A stretch of DNA of 26,321 nucleotides from an uncultured virus (IMG/VR IMGVR_UViG_3300044859_000256) (lineage: Duplodnaviria; Heunggongvirae; Uroviricota; Caudoviricetes), in IMG/VR virus record IMGVR_UViG_3300044859_000256. The stretch is one strand, 5' to 3'. Under the pieces are notes generated by a model, which saw only the letters and a list, made by a program, of their open reading frames with translations, was not told the origin of the DNA and did not search any database. The first letter of the stretch is position 1. Every line of letters starts with the position of its first letter. Positions 23,973 through 26,321 of the stretch are shown piece by piece. Position numbers and translations under genes: made by a program.

Positions 23973-24460
23973 TTGAGTCCTCTTTCTAAGAAGGATAAGA
24001 TATCTGGTATTGAATCTGTAAGATCCTCAGTATTTACCCGCATTATTTTATTTTGATTTTGTTTATTGAGCCACTCATTTAAATAAGTAGCATGCTCGTA
24101 GAATATATCCACTGGGTTGATCAGATCAAGAAAGACGGGATGTAGTTCACACTCGTCTTTAAAGACTTTATATATACTATACATCTGAGCCAGCTTATCT
24201 TTTCTTTCTAAGACAACAATACGAGATATTCTGTTTGTGTTAATGGTGATTAAATTAGGATACCAAAGTTTAACAATATGGTTATTAAGTTCTTTGGGAT
24301 TAAGTGTGTTTGTTTCCCAGTAGCCCTCAGGGTTGTGTTTGGGAACAACTATGTTATTGAATGCCTCCCCTATGATGGGGAGTCCTGCCTTCTTAGCACT
24401 TTGCATTACAAATGAAGTACCAGTACGGGGACCAATACCTGTCACAACAGATATACTCAT
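23963..24460 (-). CDS. sulfotransferase-like P-loop protein
   Basis: N-terminal VVTGIGPRTGTSFVMQ (5'-phosphosulfate-binding loop pattern), NPEGYWE, and VVLER.D....MYS (3'-phosphate-binding R/S pattern). Confidence 0.75.
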   Translation of the reverse strand: MSISVVTGIGPRTGTSFVMQSAKKAGLPIIGEAFNNIVVPKHNPEGYWETNTLNPKELNNHIVKLWYPNLITINTNRISRIVVLERKDKLAQMYSIYKVFKDECELHPVFLDLINPVDIFYEHATYLNEWLNKQNQNKIMRVNTEDLTDSIPDILSFLERGLKWE

Positions 24461-26142
24461 GGACGATTTCTTTTTAATATAGATTTACCGAACTTACCCT
24501 TTGGAATATCTTTTCCATTTAACAAAACAGCACCGGAGATTCTATCACCTAGAAGACCCAGTACTCTTTTGTTTCCCATCCAATCTTTAATCTGATTCTT
24601 GTAGTCTTCCTGTTGTTTGTAAATCAATTCTCTATCTGGATCAATAGCCAAAGCATTAACCCAATGGGACACAGCAGCACTCAGTACATCAACACGGTCA
24701 TCATGCTTAAGAGCACCACGCTTGTTCTGTAGTCGAGTGATCTGCATCTGATTCTCTTTGTCTTGAATAACTCCAACATCAAATACAAGACGGTGTTGTG
24801 CCATGATTGGCTCAAGTGTACTTAAGATTCTATTCTCTTTAGAGCCTGTAACCTTGTACTCTTCAATTCCAATCTGCCCACAACTCTGTGCAATGACAGG
24901 CTGGATAATCTTACCGAACATACCATCACCATAGTTAGACTCATACTTAACAAGGTTAATCTTATACTGATTGATAAGCTTACAGATCTTCATCAGGGTA
25001 ACACTATCGTATCCCCCTTGGATTCCTGTCAGTTCATGTACTACAATATAACCATGAGCAAAGGAAGCCACACATAGGGCTGTCTCATCTGCGCCACGAC
25101 CAGAGGGATCTATAAATAAGATTGTCTGATTATAGGGAGCAAAGGCTGGTTCAATATGCATAGGCTCATAAACAAGATCACCCTTCATACCAAATGAAGA
25201 GACTCTTTTATTGACTACACTCTTAGCATGAACTACCTTGACTGGGAAGACCTGTGGATCTACATCCAATACAATCAAATCTTCTAATCTAAGGGGGTAT
25301 CTTTTGACATCTGAAGTCGATGTCTTAAGCTTGTAGTGTAAGTCAAAGTTGGTCGGACCAATCTTCGCTTCAATTTCAGCAAGCTTTTCTGTGGGAAATC
25401 TTTCAGGCTGAGTCGATTCTCCCGGCTCAAAGCCCAGACCAAGAATATATTCATCAACATTTTCTATCTCTTCGGGGTTAGTTAAGTCTGGCATGACAGC
25501 CGGAAACTTAACGGTGGGGTAAATCCCACCTAATTTATTATATACAGAGTCTTTAGATTGTGGTGTACCCAAGAATCGGATACTAGCCACATCAACTTTA
25601 TTTACTACATTCTCTAACTCCAAGCATCTCTCCCAGAGTTTCTCTCTAGCCTGAGGGGAGTCAGAGTTTTCTACAATCTCAACATCATCACCAATGATCT
25701 GATCAGCATGTAGACCTGTGATCTGTGAGGTAATACCCTTAGCAGTTACTGACAGATCCTGTCCGAACTGGGTACGGGTATGTACATTAAAACCAAAGGC
25801 ACTGTCCTTGTCATTCTCTAATGGCTCAAGATCCTTCATGTAAGGAACCTGAGTTAGGATAGCTCTGGTCTGGAACACAAACTTAATAGCCCGGTCAGCC
25901 CCTGCTGATAATACAAGTATTGTAGTATTGTGATTCAACAAGAGTAACCATGAGACATAGCATGCCATGATTACAGACTTGCCGTCACCACGCCCTGCCT
26001 GTAGGAGCATATCCTTGGTTCCTACTTGGAGCCGATGTGCCATAGCATACTGCTTAGGGGTAGGTTGACCCAAGCCTAGGTACTTGAAACAAAAGTAAAG
26101 ATGGTTTCTAAAGTCTTCTAGGACTTCTGGGGGAGCTTTCAT
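24457..26142 (-). CDS. terL: terminase large subunit (T7 gp19 family)
   Basis: Walker A QAGRGDGKS, Walker B IIGDDVE, LGTPQ, and nuclease motifs IDPSGRGADET, ESNYGDG, HDDRVD. Confidence 0.97.
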   Translation of the reverse strand: MKAPPEVLEDFRNHLYFCFKYLGLGQPTPKQYAMAHRLQVGTKDMLLQAGRGDGKSVIMACYVSWLLLLNHNTTILVLSAGADRAIKFVFQTRAILTQVPYMKDLEPLENDKDSAFGFNVHTRTQFGQDLSVTAKGITSQITGLHADQIIGDDVEIVENSDSPQAREKLWERCLELENVVNKVDVASIRFLGTPQSKDSVYNKLGGIYPTVKFPAVMPDLTNPEEIENVDEYILGLGFEPGESTQPERFPTEKLAEIEAKIGPTNFDLHYKLKTSTSDVKRYPLRLEDLIVLDVDPQVFPVKVVHAKSVVNKRVSSFGMKGDLVYEPMHIEPAFAPYNQTILFIDPSGRGADETALCVASFAHGYIVVHELTGIQGGYDSVTLMKICKLINQYKINLVKYESNYGDGMFGKIIQPVIAQSCGQIGIEEYKVTGSKENRILSTLEPIMAQHRLVFDVGVIQDKENQMQITRLQNKRGALKHDDRVDVLSAAVSHWVNALAIDPDRELIYKQQEDYKNQIKDWMGNKRVLGLLGDRISGAVLLNGKDIPKGKFGKSILKRNRP

Positions 26143-26227
26143 GGGCTTCCTTTCTAAACCCCCTAGCAGGGGCTATAAACGGTTTCTCAGTCAATGGGCT
26201 ATCTTGCTAGCCCAAGTACAATCAAAT

Positions 26228-26259
26228 GGTTCCTAAGGGCATTCCTGCCCCTAGGAACC
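26228..26259 (-). terminator. GNRA-capped hairpin upstream of terL
   Basis: GGTTCCTAGGGGCA GGAA TGCCCTTAGGAACC (14 bp, G-U on the minus strand) followed by ATTTG. Confidence 0.55.
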
Positions 26260-26265
26260 GTTGTG

Positions 26266-26321
26266 TTAAATCTGGGTAGACTTAAATTTGAATGGCATCT
26301 TAGCCTTCATTGCCACCTCTA
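26266..26321 (-). CDS. 3' end of an upstream gene, possibly terminase small subunit (...EVAMKAKMPFKFKSTQI)
   Basis: Open frame from the window edge to TAA at 26266. Identity inferred only from position before terL. Confidence 0.4.
   Translation of the reverse strand, partial: EVAMKAKMPFKFKSTQI

Noticed and set aside
1..26321. Alternative genetic code or stop-codon reassignment
   Set aside because: Long ORFs are intact under the standard code, the small genes tile with stop/start overlaps, and there is no suppressor tRNA.
1..26321. T7-style 23-bp phage promoter repeats, and a specific host assignment
   Set aside because: No recurring long promoter consensus was found upstream of the late genes. 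Host clues (tRNA set, SD shape) are too unspecific to name a taxon.

Overview
A segment of a dsDNA podophage genome with a T7 gp19-type terminase; nearly all credible genes are on the minus strand. Reading in the direction of transcription (right to left), it begins with the 3' end of a probable small terminase, then the large terminase and a sulfotransferase-like P-loop protein. Four putative internal virion (ejection) proteins follow, of 238, 349, about 1404 and 3740 aa. The 3740-aa protein is a polyvalent protein carrying an HEXXH zincin peptidase, two tandem ADP-ribosyltransferase (ART-PolyVal-type) domains, a possible third degenerate ART, a Lys/Ala-rich basic linker and a sigma-factor-like helix-turn-helix. 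About 1.1 kb of non-coding DNA (5632-6752) comes next, with terminators, short repeats, a 12-bp repeat array resembling a sigma-28 -10 element and a candidate plus-strand structured RNA. This is probably the genome end/start junction. After it is an early-type cluster of about 23 tiny, translationally coupled hypothetical genes and four tRNAs (Ile-UAU, Arg-UCU, Leu-UAA, Lys-UUU). A 54-nt armless tRNA-Gln(UUG)-like hairpin occupies one slot of the tRNA array. All calls come from reading motifs by eye; no database search was run.
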